NCBI GenBank assembly: GCA_951406725.2
Contig: OX597830.1
Coordinates: 52,080,001-52,144,000 of the forward strand
DNA length: 64,000 nt
Origin: Octopus vulgaris
Taxonomy: Eukaryota
Direction: 5' to 3'
The notes beneath the pieces are model-generated. The model saw only the letters and a program-made list of their open reading frames with translations. It was not told where the DNA came from and made no database searches. The position numbers and the translations under genes were made by a program. This document shows, piece after piece, positions 44,889-59,539 of this stretch. Position 1 is the stretch's first letter. Every line of letters begins with the position of its first letter.

Positions 44889-45369
44889 TACATGCATACG
44901 TATATACATATATATCTGTATGTGCGCGCGCGTGTGTGTGTTTGTATAAAGTTCAAGAAAATTTTCGACGAAATCTTGCTGCTAATTAAACGACACTATT
45001 TCTCTAGAAAAAGAAAAATTCATTAAACGTTTTCATTGCTCAGACCTTTGCACACTCTAAACCTACGCGTGCGTCACACACACACACACACACAAACTCG
45101 CACACGCGCACTTATACACATACACAAAAACTAACGCACACATACACATACACGCACTGATACATATACAACACAAAACCTAACACAAACACAAATATTT
45201 ATATATATAAATGCCAATACGCATGTATGTATTACACATTATAGGTATATAATCATAAGTTTATATATTTATATCTATCTATTTATCTATCTATCTGTAT
45301 ATATAAATATGTATGTGTATATATATATATATATATATAATGCATTTATGTGTGTACTGTGTATGTACA

Positions 45370-45412
<43 letters not shown>

Positions 45413-45616
45413 TGTAATTATATCATTTAGTTTTCAATATAAACAGGTCTGCATCGAATCGCTAATAATGTTTCTATCCAATTATACGTTCCAATGTTAC
45501 ATCACATTATCTGAGCCGTAATTCCATGCACATCCGTCGTGATTTAATAACCGACTCAAAGAGGGATTGTACCAGTCGCAGTAGGGGCAGCAGTACAAGT
45601 AGTAGTAGTGGTGGTG

Positions 45617-45668
<52 letters not shown>

Positions 45669-45694
45669 CAGCAGTAGTAGTAGTGGTGGTGGTG

Positions 45695-45753
<59 letters not shown>

Positions 45754-46023
45754 TGATGTTTAGCCCGAGGACAACGCTCTGATCGAGTTGATTTAAGATG
45801 AAAGATCTTCCATTCGTAACGACATCCGTTTTAGAATGGTATGAAGAAGTACGTTAGCTACTGTGTCCGTCTTCCTTTAACAAATGCGGTGACTTTGTAA
45901 TGTAAGGTCAATTTGGTATCTATTTTCAGCAAGTCGAGCTTCGGTCGTGGATGATTTGAAAGAGACAACAGGTTTTCCTATAAACATGTACTATATTAAA
46001 TGGGTGTATATATTTTTTTAATA

Positions 46024-46352
46024 TGGTACCCATCTATTCATTATGATACGGTGACACTTTAACGAGATATGGTAATTACCATGATGAATACTTAGGGGTA
46101 TGGGGTGGGGTATGTCGATAATATCGATCTCTTATTCGATTGGTACCCTTTATCAGGTATTTTTTACACATTTCTGTCATTAGACTGCGACCATGCTGGG
46201 ACAGCGCCTTTAAGAACTTTCAGTCGAATGAATCCAGCCCACTACTTTTTTTTAAGCTTGGTCTTTATTCTATCGATCTCTTTTGCCGAACCGATAAGTT
46301 AAGGAGACGTAAGTACACCAACACCGGTTGTCAAGTGGCGGAAGGAGACAAA
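46024..46352 (-). repeat. Right arm of the inverted duplication
   Basis: See 43730-44059. Confidence 0.93.
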
Positions 46353-46373
46353 CATAGACGCAAAGACAATACA

Positions 46374-46417
<44 letters not shown>

Positions 46418-46563
46418 CTTAGCGGTTCAGCAAAAGAGACTGATAGAATAAGTACTGGGTTTACAAAGAATAAGTCCAGGGGTCGATTTGCTCGACTAAA
46501 GGTGGTGCTCCAGCATGGCCACAGTCAAATGACTGAAACAAGTAAAGAAAGAAAGAAAAGAAA

Positions 46564-46602
<39 letters not shown>

Positions 46603-46781
46603 ATATATATGTAATAAAAATATGAAAATGGAGAAACAATTTAGTTTGTCCATCAACTTTCGGATATTATAATGTTCGAACCTCAATAGCACACATATAT
46701 ATCTTATAATTCAATACATATAAGATAAGAATACAAATTATAAAAATCATAATAGAAATTATTGAAATCATTAAAATCACT

Positions 46782-46914
46782 CCTTACAGCTGTTTCAGCC
46801 TATGGTTAAAAATAGTTATTTTTATTTTTATTGCCTATAGTTGTCAATTATTTTGAGGTTGTAGGCATTTAAAAATAGGCTACTTATATTTATAACCATA
46901 GGCCTCCTCAGAGA
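46782..46914 (-). ncRNA. Type-I hammerhead motif with long extended stem II
   Basis: tct CTGAGGA GGCCTATGGTTA ...(~85 nt)... TAACCATAGGCT GAAAC AGCT GT A agg; 12-bp basal stem II. Confidence 0.7.
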
Positions 46915-48149
46915 TTATAAAGAACTTTAAAAATATTAATACATGAAACAGGATACACTTATAATTTAATACATAAATCCACTCACAAGTCTTTGGTTGG
47001 CGCAAGACTATAGTAGAAGATTCCACACAGTGGGTCTGAACCAGGAATCATGTGGTTGAGAAACATCTTGCCACAAGCCGTGCCTACGCCTATGTTAATT
47101 TATCTATGAGACTGGATGATAAGCTAATTAATTCCAGTTGGATTTGAACTTAGGCTGTATGAAGTAGTACCTAAACACCACACATCATTTTGTCCTAACA
47201 TACAAGCGGTTTTGCCAATCCAGCACATTAAAATGTAATAAAATTTTCTGATAACTCTGCCGTACCCTTCGGAGGAATAGGGGTCTAATGAAAAAAAACC
47301 CATAAAAACATAGACATTAGTTTTGTGAGGTTATTGCAGTTTTGTAGGGAATTTATTTCTGGTTTCGTTTTTGTATTTGGTTTGCTGAAGGAAACCTGCA
47401 GTAAGAGAGAAAGTCATTGGTGATGAGTCGAATGTCGACGAAATCACTTGGATGAAACTAGCTGACAGATTAGCCGATCGATTGTTTAAACACTCGATTA
47501 GTCGATTGGTTAAATAGTTAACCGATTGACTAATAAGAATAAAGAAGTGAATTATAATCTGTGCGTGTATTTATTATTGGCATAATGATCCACCCAAGAT
47601 ACTATGAAATCTTTTTGTTTACTTTTTCTACCATTGAACTCGATGCCAGCGTTTTGCAACAAACTTCCTATTGATGGGGCTCCACGGAAGTGAGAAAATG
47701 GAACGTATTCCGAAAGGCATCTCACTAAACACTCCCACAATTCCACACATCTGTTGTTCTTGGCTGGTACTTTATTTATCGAATCTTTTTCCATTTCTTA
47801 ATGCGCCAGAGGAAGTGGAATAGCCTATGCTCTTCGCATACTCTGCCAAGATTGATACTGTAAATGTTCCTCTTAAACCTTTGTAAGTCAATATTTGTTG
47901 GAAAGATTACTACAAGGAGAGAATTCCGGAGGGACAAAGTTCTGGAATGAAAGGACTAGATGTAGAGATAAATGAGAGGACGGGGTGGGATGTTGGGTAC
48001 AACAAGGATGATGAAGAGCGGAGAGATGCGTACGACTGGGATGCTTGTGTATGGATATGAGCAGAAAGCATTATAGCAAGGATAGAAAAGGAAAAGAAAG
48101 GAGACAGAATGTATGTGGGTCGGACGTTGTTGTAGGTTTGTGAGTGATC

Positions 48150-48600
48150 TATACTATTCAGTCGCGTGGCCCATTTTTGGATACAAGTTAGGACGCCCGA
48201 GTGTGCAACAGCAGTAACATTCCAGATACGGATAGAATTTATCAAAGAATATTCAAAGAAGAAGACAAAATTCCCCAGCGTCACGGCAGAGCCAGGGTCT
48301 ATGTGCTCAGAAAGAAACAAAAATATGAAGCCTTAAACGATTTATGGTACGAAAGGGGATGCTTGATGGGGAAAAGCATATAAAATTATGAGCCTGCTTT
48401 CGGAAGTTGGAGAGAAAGCAAAACTGCAAGATGAAATGATGTGCTACATAGCTGCCCATAAGCAGATTTCGCAGTACATCGCAGTACATTTGACATGTGG
48501 CTCACAGCAAGGATACTGGGGGTGGATGATCTAGATCTTTAGTTTGTTGGAGACTGCTGAGCGTCTTAAATGATATGTGGAGTCTGTATGGACATGATTG
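48150..48600 (-). pseudogene. Possible highly decayed CR1/L2 LINE 3' fragment
   Basis: YSLINSIRIWN resembles SF...I..WN.LP; otherwise weak. Confidence 0.35.
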
Positions 48601-49601
48601 CCCTGATACCCACCTATCTACCACAGAAACTGATTGTACACAATTACCTTAACATCTCTAGCATCAACAACTACATTAATAGCAGTAACGAACAAAATTT
48701 ATAAAGAAAATACCTTATCGCACTTAACGAATAAATTTCCCGGGGAAATGATACAAATGAGTCCAAAGTCACAGATTTTAATTAATCCAGCTGTCTCAAT
48801 AAGCACCAGTTTAACCACCTCATTGCGTGAGTAATAAATATTTTCTAGCGAGTGAGATAAATTTATAAACAGACATCACAGCCAAATAGGCATATTTCGC
48901 CCCGCAATGGAGATATATCCTGTACATAAACAATAGAGTTGTCGTGAGATCACCATGTCAAAGGAGGGATGATGAGATCGACTAGTTTCGGTTCTTATGA
49001 AATCATCAGTATTTACTGCTAGAGGATTGTGGTGATGGTACATATGAGTATAGTAAAAGCATAAGGAATATTTGGATCGAGGTTTCGAACAGTCACCCCG
49101 ACTGCTTAGAATGCTGTGGTTGGTTAAACAACCCCTGTGATTGGCTAAACCACAGCCTCTCTTCCTTAAACGTATATATGTTTGTATTTCTCTGGTTTCC
49201 TCTTAAAATACTTTGCCTGTTCCAGCCTCTTGACTATGACAATGCTAGGACACTGCAAATTTAATCACAAACACGCTGCGTTGGTACCTCGTTTAAAGAA
49301 TTTAAAGAATATCGCTCAAAGACAAATAAAAATAGAACACGAAAACGATATTCTATATAATCTCAGTGATATCTTCTGCAGTACGTTGACTTGCTGTTTA
49401 TCTCAATTATAAACATTAACTTTCATTTTGTTTATAACCATGTTTTCATAAATAACTCATGAAACTATTTCTTAAATAATAAGAGAAGCATAAAATTACA
49501 CAAACACTTAAAAAATATTAAACAGATAAATCGAATTCTTTAATAATTTATTTACAGAGATGGATGGACAAAATTGACCTCTGAGGGCCAAACGCATTCC
49601 A

Positions 49602-49782
49602 GAATTCTTATCCCATCACACATATACATACAAACACATACACACATACACACAAACAAACATACAAACATAAACTCACAAATGCATACCTGAATTCTTA
49701 TCCCATCACACATATACATACAAACACATACACACATACACACAAACACACATACAAACATAAACTCACAAATGCATACCTG
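49602..49782. repeat. ~91-bp tandem duplication
   Basis: gaattcttatcccatcacacatatacatacaaac...aatgcatacctg x2. Confidence 0.92.
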
Positions 49783-50372
49783 CATACACACAAACATGAA
49801 CAGGAATATACACACAAATAGACATACTCACAAATGCACATACATAAAAATACTTGCACACAAAAACATACACACGCACATACTCACAGGCACATACACG
49901 CATACACACAAACATGCACAAAAATCCATGAATTCACAAAAAAAACCCCACATAAACACTAGGCATACACACAAGCACAAACACACATCTGTATGATGAA
50001 AATGATGGAGTGGAGAAAATTTAAGATTGGAATTGTAGAAATTTATAATATACACCGTAATCTCAACTAAAATATCATATGTCTTTCAAATTATGGCTGA
50101 TTTTGTGTGCCTATGTGTGTTTGTATACGTGTGCTTGTATGTGTTTGTAAGTCTGAGTGTGTGTGTGTGTGTTGTGAATGAGTACGTTTGTGTGAGCCTG
50201 GACACATTATATTATATGCGGACACGTCACGAATGTTCATTAGAAACCTCGTGTTTGTGTATGCGTCTTTCTTCAGAAAATACACGCGCGCACACACACA
50301 GAGACACACACACACACACACACTAACATATAGTCACACACAAACAGATGTAGATATAGATAGATGGATTTA

Positions 50373-50442
<70 letters not shown>

Positions 50443-50446
<4 letters not shown>

Positions 50447-50524
50447 AAATACAAACACATGTAAATATATACACACATATATAAAAACATATGAATACGC
50501 ATACATATATACATACATGCATAA

Positions 50525-50599
<75 letters not shown>

Positions 50600-50680
50600 A
50601 AAATACAAACATGTAAATATATACACACATATATAAAAACATATGAATACGCATACATATATACATACATGCATAAATAT
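50443..50680. repeat. Local duplication in a TA/CA tract
   Basis: aaatacaaaca..tgtaaatatatacacacatatataaaaacatatgaatacgcatac x2. Confidence 0.88.
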
Positions 50681-50684
50681 ATAT

Positions 50685-50722
<38 letters not shown>

Positions 50723-51211
50723 GCATGCAAACTGGCAGACAGACAGGCAGAAAGACAGACAGACACACACATACACACACACAAACACACTTACAAACAC
50801 ACATGCGCACACACGCATCAAGCTAAAACTTGTCAAATACGAAAGCGAACGAAAGGTTTATTTGTTTCCTGTTGTGTTTTTGTTATTCTTTTCTATAAAA
50901 TACGTAAAGATAGTTATTTCGTGTAATTTACAAAATCTGTTTGGCGTTTTTCTTTAGATTATTCTAAAATTCTTATAGTTTACATTCCTATAACTATTCC
51001 CGAATAAGTTTTGTATTTATCCATAATTACGTCTACATTTAGGACTGGATTAAGCATTAAATCAAATATGTGTACGCTTAGGGCCCCAAGGGGAAAAAGA
51101 TGTCTTCGCGTAGTTGATTATAATATCCGGACTCCCATAGAGTAAAGAGTGCAGCTGAACCAAGGCTCTGCGAAAATGATGCCCGCAAATTATGAATGTC
51201 TGCGCACCCCA

Positions 51212-51258
<47 letters not shown>

Positions 51259-51382
51259 CGGAGTAAGTATATAAATGCGAAACAAGGTGGAAAAAATAGT
51301 ACTCGAATAACAGAGGTAAAACTCCGAGTAACAGTTTTTGTGATATTTAAACTGCTTTTCAATAAAGTATATATATATATAT

Positions 51383-51423
<41 letters not shown>

Positions 51424-51426
51424 TAT

Positions 51427-51479
<53 letters not shown>

Positions 51480-51552
51480 CATACATATATATATACATAT
51501 ATATATATATACATACATATATATACATAGATATATATATACATATATATAT

Positions 51553-51609
<57 letters not shown>

Positions 51610-51610
51610 T

Positions 51611-52084
<474 letters not shown>

Positions 52085-52266
52085 ACAGTAGATAAATGAA
52101 TTATCTTATTACGGATAATTCAAATGATAACCGATACCTGGGTAGCAAAAATCACAACAGAAAAATTAGCACGGTTGAAGTTACGACCATAGGGCATAAA
52201 ATCCGTGCCTCAGTGCGGAAATTTGAAGTTTTATATATTACAGAACTGTAGGAAGAAATGGGTCAG

Positions 52267-52368
52267 AGAACGAAGATTTAACAAAATTTCTTTTAAAACT
52301 TATTTTCTACATATGTTTCGAAACATATGTAGAAAATAATAAAAAGGAATTTTGTTAAATCTTCGTTC
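52267..52368. repeat. Palindrome centred on tttcgaaa in a TA-flanked element (52080-52400)
   Basis: gaacgaagatttaacaaaattt..ttattttctacatatgtttc|gaaacatatgtagaaaataa..aattttgttaaatcttcgttc. Confidence 0.85.
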
Positions 52369-52392
52369 AGCTCCATTTCTTTACACTTGTTT

Positions 52393-52434
<42 letters not shown>

Positions 52435-52483
52435 ACGCACGCCTGGCTGTGTGGTCAGAAGCTTGCTTCCCAACCACATTGAT

Positions 52484-53102
52484 ATCGAAGACCGGTGCTT
52501 ACCATGCGTTGACGAGAGGCAATTACCTTGAAACTATAGTCCGTATGTAGTACTCGGGTCTTCTTTGCAAGTAACACAAGGACACTGAGATAGTGTCTAA
52601 AGTCCTTCTAGTGACGTTGATCGCCTGGGGTAAAAGCATCAGTAACAACCCCCCCCCCAGTGGCTAGCCACATTCAGATGGCTGATACCCCTTACGTTGT
52701 CGAGCGGTTACTGTTTATAACTCATTCAGAGATTTATTATTGTTTTCAGACAGTTTTTCAACATCAGTGACAGTGGTTACTGTGAAAAACATTATATATT
52801 ACTTGCGAGGGGACTCCTTCATCGAAGACCGGTGCTTACCATGCGTTGACGAGAGGCAATTACCTTGAAACTATAGTCCGTATGTAGTACTCGGGTCTTT
52901 GAGGGAGGATGACCTCCCTTTGCAAGTAACACAAGGACACTGAGATAGTGTCTAAAGTCCTTCTAGTGACGTTGATCGCCTGGGGCTAAAAGCATCAGTA
53001 ACAACCCCCCCCCCCCAGTGGCTAGCCACATTCAGATGGCTGATACCCCTTACGTTGTCGAGCGGTTACTGTTTATATCTCGTTCAGAGATTTATTATTG
53101 TT
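52484..53102 (+). repeat. Tandem duplicated ~260-280-bp structured element
   Basis: 52484-52744 and 52821-53102 are near identical; follows a truncated SINE head (52433-52480). Confidence 0.9.
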
Positions 53103-53193
53103 ATATATATATATATGCATATATATACATACATACATACATACATATATATGTATGTATATATATATATATGTGTGTGTGTGTATGTATGTA

Positions 53194-53230
<37 letters not shown>

Positions 53231-53244
53231 CTATTATTATTATT

Positions 53245-53900
53245 GAGTGAGTGAGCAGTGCATGCCATCAAAGTGACACTGGGGTAAAATATACGAACCC
53301 CAGTATACCCATCATGATTACCTGTCTAATAAGCGTACACTAGGTACATGCATCACAACCAAATGTGTGCGACATGGTGATCTCATATCAAGATAAACAG
53401 CGCATGACCTTGTAGGTGGGCCCCAGTTAGAATTTTCTTCTGGTCGAGTAGCCCGTCCCACTATAAAGGTCTGTGGATAACCAAATGTGTGCGACATGGT
53501 GATCTCATATCAAGATAAACAGCGCATGACCTTGTAGGTGGGCCCCAGTTAGAATTTTCTACTGGTCGAGTAGCCCGTCCCACTATAATGGTCTGTGAAT
53601 AAGGATTGTTTAAGGATGTTGGCTATGAATTATCCAAATCCCAAAGAATCCCTCTCAACACATGGCTATGATGCTCCCCAACTACTTCTGCTCATGATCA
53701 GAGATGCACATATCATCAGCCACAAAGGGACATGCTCAACCGGTTAAGGTCAAATAACTGACAAGCAAATCTGTGGCATTGAGCAGAATATTTGCTGTAG
53801 CCCCGTCTTTTATACCAAGACAAAACAATGTACAGGATACCACTTCCAATCAGTTAAGATCAGAAGCCACGAGAGCCACTGCCTGGTACTGCATCAGGGT
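53245..53900. mobile_element. Non-coding interspersed repeat in (TAA)n with internal ~122-bp tandem duplication
   Basis: Flanked by attatt arrays; 53357-53478 repeated at 53479-53600. Confidence 0.6.
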
Positions 53901-53914
53901 ATTATTATTATTAT

Positions 53915-54149
53915 TATCATTATTCAGTAGTTTTATTTTTTATAGCGTGCTTTCACTTCACTACCGAACGCAGCTCTGTGTGCCTTGGGTATGTGCTGTG
54001 ATTTGTTGTGATGCTCTGATGGTTATTGTATAGAAAGTGTTCTGCGTAGGATGTGTGCAGTGCCTAGTAGTGCAATTTTCTGTATGTTATATGTGTTTGT
54101 AAGTCCTGGTGTTTTTGTTATGTATTTGTCTGAATATTTTTTTATATTC

Positions 54150-54150
<1 letters not shown>
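53915..54150 (-). mobile_element. R4/Dong-like element 3' end in (TAA)n
   Basis: ITKTPGLTNTYNIQKIALLGTAHILRRTLSIQ*, a typical IQK..LLGTA.I.R C-terminus; TAA arrays on both sides. Confidence 0.8.
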
Positions 54151-54228
<78 letters not shown>

Positions 54229-54231
<3 letters not shown>

Positions 54232-54960
54232 CGCAGACTTCTGGGAGCAGGGGAGAGAACCAAAGACATGCGACGCTTCCTCTTTCTCAGTATCCACAGC
54301 ACTAGAGGCCGACGTGGTGGGTTACACATATGCCAATGAGTCTTCTCTTGGAAAAGGCTGGCTAGAAGCCTCTCATCATCATTGTTTGACCGTGGTAGAG
54401 ACAATGGAATTTACTATGTTACACCAGACTTCATGGTCCATAATAGCATTACGGAGGCCCTGTTGCTAGATGCTTGTATCCCTCGGGATTACATCAGGGT
54501 AGGAGAGTGTGCGCCTTCTGGTATCGCGAGTAGATGGTTTCAAGGGGAGAAGAGTAGAAATTACCTCGTTTTCAGCTCTACAACAATGTCCAGCAAACTG
54601 GACTCTTCTACCTTTCACAAGAGATGACACAGGTGGTAATTTCCCATATATTTGTCCTTTGGTTGGATGACGCTTCTACGAGAGATTTTGAGCTCTCATA
54701 AGTGGGCGAGTGTAAGTTCCATCCAACCGCCTCACAAGCTTCTTTGATAACGTCCAGGTTTCTGAGCCATATAGTAGAACTGGTTGGACTGTGGCTTTGA
54801 AGATTTTAAGTTTGAAATCTCTACTTAGATCTGATGACCAGATCTTATGCATATCATTACAGGCCGACCAGGACATAACCTTTCTAGTTAGAAAATCTTT
54901 TTCAGATGATATGTATGACCCAAGATATTTGTAATCAGAGACCATATTTAAGAGCGTATT
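54229..54960 (-). mobile_element. RTE-clade LINE 3' fragment with (TAA)n tail
   Basis: DYKYLGSYI..KLKIFKATVQPVLLYGSETWTLSKKLVRRLDGTYTR..RRVQFAGHC. Confidence 0.9.
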
Positions 54961-56809
54961 GTTGAGTGTATGGATGATGAAATCACTGTTGGACAGGCAC
55001 TTGTTTACATATTCAGTCTCGGACTCTAGAAGCCTTTGGGAGCAGTTCCATACCATTGTCTGCTAGGATGGGAAGGAATGTGTGCTAGGAGAAAGGTTGG
55101 AGGGTAGGAAGAAAGAGGAGCCAAAAAATAAATGTGCCCTGACTAAATACAAGTAAATTAATGGAGGCAATCGGGTTGTGTAAATCGAACCCGCATTGAA
55201 GATGCAGACTACAAGCTATAAACCTGACTCGGTAACAAGCACAATTCACCATTATTTACACGTACTGAGATAAATTAATATACACGGAGAGAGAAATATG
55301 TCAACGTTAGATGAGAATATCAATAATATGAAGAGTGAGTGAGAGCGCGTATCTTCTCTGCTTTATTTCTCTAATATTTAGTTTCATCTCTAAAGTAAAC
55401 AGAAGCGCTCTGTGATTTTCTGCTCAGTTTTCGTCAATATTTCTGAAGTTTTCTCAACACGGAAACCATTTCTATTAGACAATATTGTGTCGTTGGTCTC
55501 TAAATATTACCAACACCTTAATTATATATCATTTTCACTGCCAACAGAATGTAGGCTAACACCAAAACCTTTCTTCTAAAGTAATTCGCCAATATTCGGG
55601 AATATTCTGCAAATAATAACGGAGAATTGGTCTTGAAAACAATTCTTCACAGCAATGAATCAATCTTGCAGTCTATAAAAATAACCAAATTGTAGAGGGA
55701 AATCATTTGAAAAAAGTAATTTTCTAACCATTTTTCTTGCTTCTTTCCTCGCCAATCTCTCCCTCTCATTATTTCTTACTTCCTCATATTCTCTACCTCA
55801 CCCTACTTCCCGTTCTCTCTCATTTTTTCACTTTCTCTACCTCTTCCTTTCTCATTTCCTCTTTCACTCTCGTAAATTCTATCTTTTACTGCTGCCCTAT
55901 ACCTCCCATTATCTCCCCATCTCCTTTTAATTATCGCCCACTCTCACATTGTCTGTTTCTCACTATCTTCCGTCTTCTCCCTCTTCTCTTGTACATTATC
56001 TTCCTCTCCCTGTCTGCCGTCATTCTGTCTTCCTCTCGCAATTTCTGTGAGAAACTTTAACACTTTACCTCACCTTTATCTGCTTGTTCTCCCATTCTTT
56101 CACTTTATCACAGAAGATGTTTTATAACAGAAGAGAAACGTGGATAGCATTCCACATGCCGAGACTTGCCAAATACTTCATAACATTTCCACTAAATAAT
56201 TACGGCACAGAAACTACACGCGCACGCACGCACACACACAAGCGTTTAGCAATAAAACTTAGCAACAATTGGTTATCGTAGGCAGTTGGTCTGTTTAAGT
56301 TATAGAAGTGAAACGCCCAAATTTTCGATTGATTCAAGGCATTTAAGAGTATAAAACCAAGAATATAAAGTCACATAAAATTCATTTGGGCTGAATAGAA
56401 AAAACAAATAAGGAATAAAAAGAAGAAGAAATAAAAGAAAAACACACAAACAATAATTATACAGTAGTGACGTCAGTGCGTCTGCTGGATAGCAAAAGGT
56501 TTTAAGAGACAGCTAAAGAATGGCGATCTTAGAGGTGATGATTTGTCAGCGTATGAAACAGGTTTATAGGCATGACAACGAGTTGACAGCGACACCTGGT
56601 GATGACTGACGTCAGTTATCGGTCGATCGGCTAGAAGTAGCTTCCAAAATCCTACAAATCATACATTGCTATATGATAAGAAGTTTACTTTTCCACCACA
56701 TGGTTCCAGGTTCAGTCCCGCTGCGTGGTATCTTGGACAAGTTTTTTCTACTATAATCTCCGGCTGATCAAAGCCTTGTGCGTGAATTTGGTAAACTGAA
56801 TTAGGTAGA

Positions 56810-57025
56810 CATGGTGAAAAATTCGTGGCTGTGGAGTAAACGAAAACACAGGAGGATCATCAGTTAATTATGATTTTATTCAACATGTTCCTCTCTCATA
56901 TTCACGCGCCTAATGCAACAGTCCTTCAGTTTTTGTAAGCCTGTAAAAGAACAAAGAAGGTGGGACCACCAACCAGGTCTCTCGTGACACCCTTAAAGCC
57001 GGGAAATATACAGCACCCCCTCGTG
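56810..57025 (-). mobile_element. Mariner-derived deletion derivative
   Basis: FTGLQKLKDCCIRRVNMREEHVE* resembles the mariner C-terminus; TIR-like acgagggggtgctg. Confidence 0.6.
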
Positions 57026-57128
57026 AGTGTATATATATATATAATGTTAAAATTTATTGAAAAGCAAAAGACAGGTGCATGAACAACAAGCAAGTGTAAT
57101 AGTTTGACGCTCGGCAAAGTCAGAAAGT

Positions 57129-57163
57129 ATTTTACGTTTCAAGCCTTCGCTCTTCAACAGAAA
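57129..57163 (-). ncRNA. Minimal hammerhead-like variant (CUGUUGA core)
   Basis: ttt CTGTTGA a GAGC gaag GCTT GAAAC GT A aaa; same layout as 9176. Confidence 0.55.
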
Positions 57164-57486
57164 GAAATAAGAGAAATTAAACAGAGAAAGAATAAAAAAG
57201 AAAATTGTGCATTTAGCGGTCAAGCATGGTGACTGATTAGAATAACGTTTGAAAGACGAGCTTGAAGGGGTGATAATAAAGTATTGGGGATCCCAAAACG
57301 AAAGCGCACATGCATGAATGTGTATGTGAGAATGTGAGTGTGTGTGTGTGTGTGTGTGTGTGGATGATGGTGTTTGTGTGTGTGGATTATAGTGTGTGGG
57401 TATGCGGATGATAGTGTGTGGTGTGAGTGCTGGGAAGTGGTCAGTGCTTGTGTGTGTGGAGTAGCGTTGGTGGTGTGGTGAGATGG

Positions 57487-58565
57487 TAGGCGTGGCTGTG
57501 TGGTACGAAGCTTCCTTCCCAACTCCATTGTTCTGGGTTCAGTCCCACTGCATGGCACCTTGGATAAGTGTCTTCTACTATAGCCACAAGCCGAACAAAT
57601 CCATGTGAGTGGATTTCGTAGACAGAAACTGAAAGAAACCTGTCGTATTTGTATATATATGTATATATATATATATAAGCATATATATATGTGTGTGTCT
57701 TTGTGTCTGTGTTTGTTTCCCCCTAACATCGCTTGACAACCGATGTTGGTGTATTTACGTCCCCGTAAAATTAACGATTCGGCAAAAGAAATTGTTAGAA
57801 TAAGTACCAAACTTACAAATAATAAGTCTTAGGGTCGATTTCTTCAACTAAAAGACGTTAATCAGCATAGCCGCAGTCAAATAACTGATACAAGTAAAAG
57901 AATATACGAATAAAAGAATGTGTGCGTGTGTTTGTGCGTGTGTGTGTGTGCGCGTGTGCGTGATTGTTTGTCCTCCATGAATGCTTGACAACCAGTGTTT
58001 AAGTCCGCGGCAACAAGAAACCGACAGAATAAGTACCAAACTTTACAAGAAAATTAATAATAATTACCAGGCGTAGAAGTGGTTGTGTGGTAAGTAGCTT
58101 GCTTACGAACGACACGGTTCCGGGTTCAGTCCCACTGCGTAGCACCTTGGGCAAGTGTCCTCTACTATAGCCTCGGGCCGACCAAAGCTTTGTGAGTGGA
58201 TTTGGTAGACGGAAACTGAAAGAAGCCCATCGTATATATGAATATGTATATATATGTATGTGTGTGTATATTTTGTGTGTCTGTGCTTGTCCCCCATAAT
58301 ATCGCTTGACAACCGATCTTGGTGTGTTTACGTCCCCGTAACATAGCGGTTCGGCAAAAGGGCCAATAAAATAAGTACTAGGCTTACAAAGAATATGTGC
58401 TGGGGTCGATTATACTCGACTAAAGGCGGTGCTCTAGCATGGCCACAGTCAAAATGACTGAAACAAGTAAAAGAGTAAAGGAGAGTCGATTCATTTAACT
58501 AAAATTCTTCAAGGCGTTGCTACAGCATGGCCGCATATTAATGAGTGAAACAAGTAAGAGATAAG
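57487..58565 (+). mobile_element. Cluster of nested/tandem 10463-family SINEs
   Basis: Full copies ~57487-57905 and ~58068-58485; fragments ~57965-58050 and ~58485-58565 suggest one copy split by another. Confidence 0.88.
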
Positions 58566-59493
58566 AGGTACTACCTTAGTAGAAAGAAAATTGAAATTAT
58601 ACAGAGAAGAGAGAAAAAACGTGATGGCTATTAATGTTAAGCCTTTGATCTTTGATCTGCTTAATCAAATCAGAGGTTAAATAAAAACACCTGCGACATG
58701 AACAACAACAGCAACAACTTTGCAATATGGTGGATCGTTGTACTTTGTTCAAATACAGTTTTCTTCTTGATGATAAAGTACTGAATACTCGGTGAACAGC
58801 GGGAGCGGATTGTGGCCCAGAACAGTAAATTAACTCAATATCAAACAGTAACACACACATATATACATTTCACCCAATCGACAGTTGTTAATTGAAACCC
58901 GGGTCAGCCTTCATGAAGTACACATATCATCAAATGTTATCTATCAATGACCAACCTGTCTTACTTTTGTTGTCGCCCTGGTACAGCATATCTAGGACTA
59001 CAATATACAATGTTTTTTTTTTCTTCTTAAAACGTTAGAGTATGATATAAAAATGATTTGGATGTTATTTTTTGAAGGTCGAGTAGGGACAATCGTGGAC
59101 AAACATTTCCGAGGGCGAACTGCATGGGTCATGGCTCATCGTCGGGCGAGCCGCACTGATGAACTACCCATTTTTTCAATCCATGTTTATGCGACACATA
59201 TGCCCATTCCCTCCATGGCAACAGCATTTGCTGTACAAATGCGCGTTTGTGCAAGACGTCACATGTCAAAGTGATCTCATAGAAATCAGAAATAGAATGT
59301 TGTTTTTCAAGGACACAACCCCCGATCCAGAAATCGGGCCTACGATCACGCGATCATAAGTGCATCCCCCTAACCACTCACTAGGCTGTGCTCACATAAA
59401 TGCACTATAAAATACTAACATTGAGAGACATATGCAGACATATATATTAATGCATATACACTCATAGATACACACATCCAAATACATACATAC

Positions 59494-59539
<46 letters not shown>

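Noticed and set aside
45526-45756. Ser/Gly-rich ORF
   Set aside because: Pure (AGT)n/(GGT)n microsatellite
47415-47455. GTGATGA GTCGA atg TCGAC GAAA motif
   Set aside because: Core C missing and stems I/III not convincingly formed; at most a decayed hammerhead
58440-58475. SINE tail stem-loop followed by GAAACAAGTA as a hammerhead
   Set aside because: No CUGANGA upstream; better explained as a LINE-derived 3' recognition stem-loop
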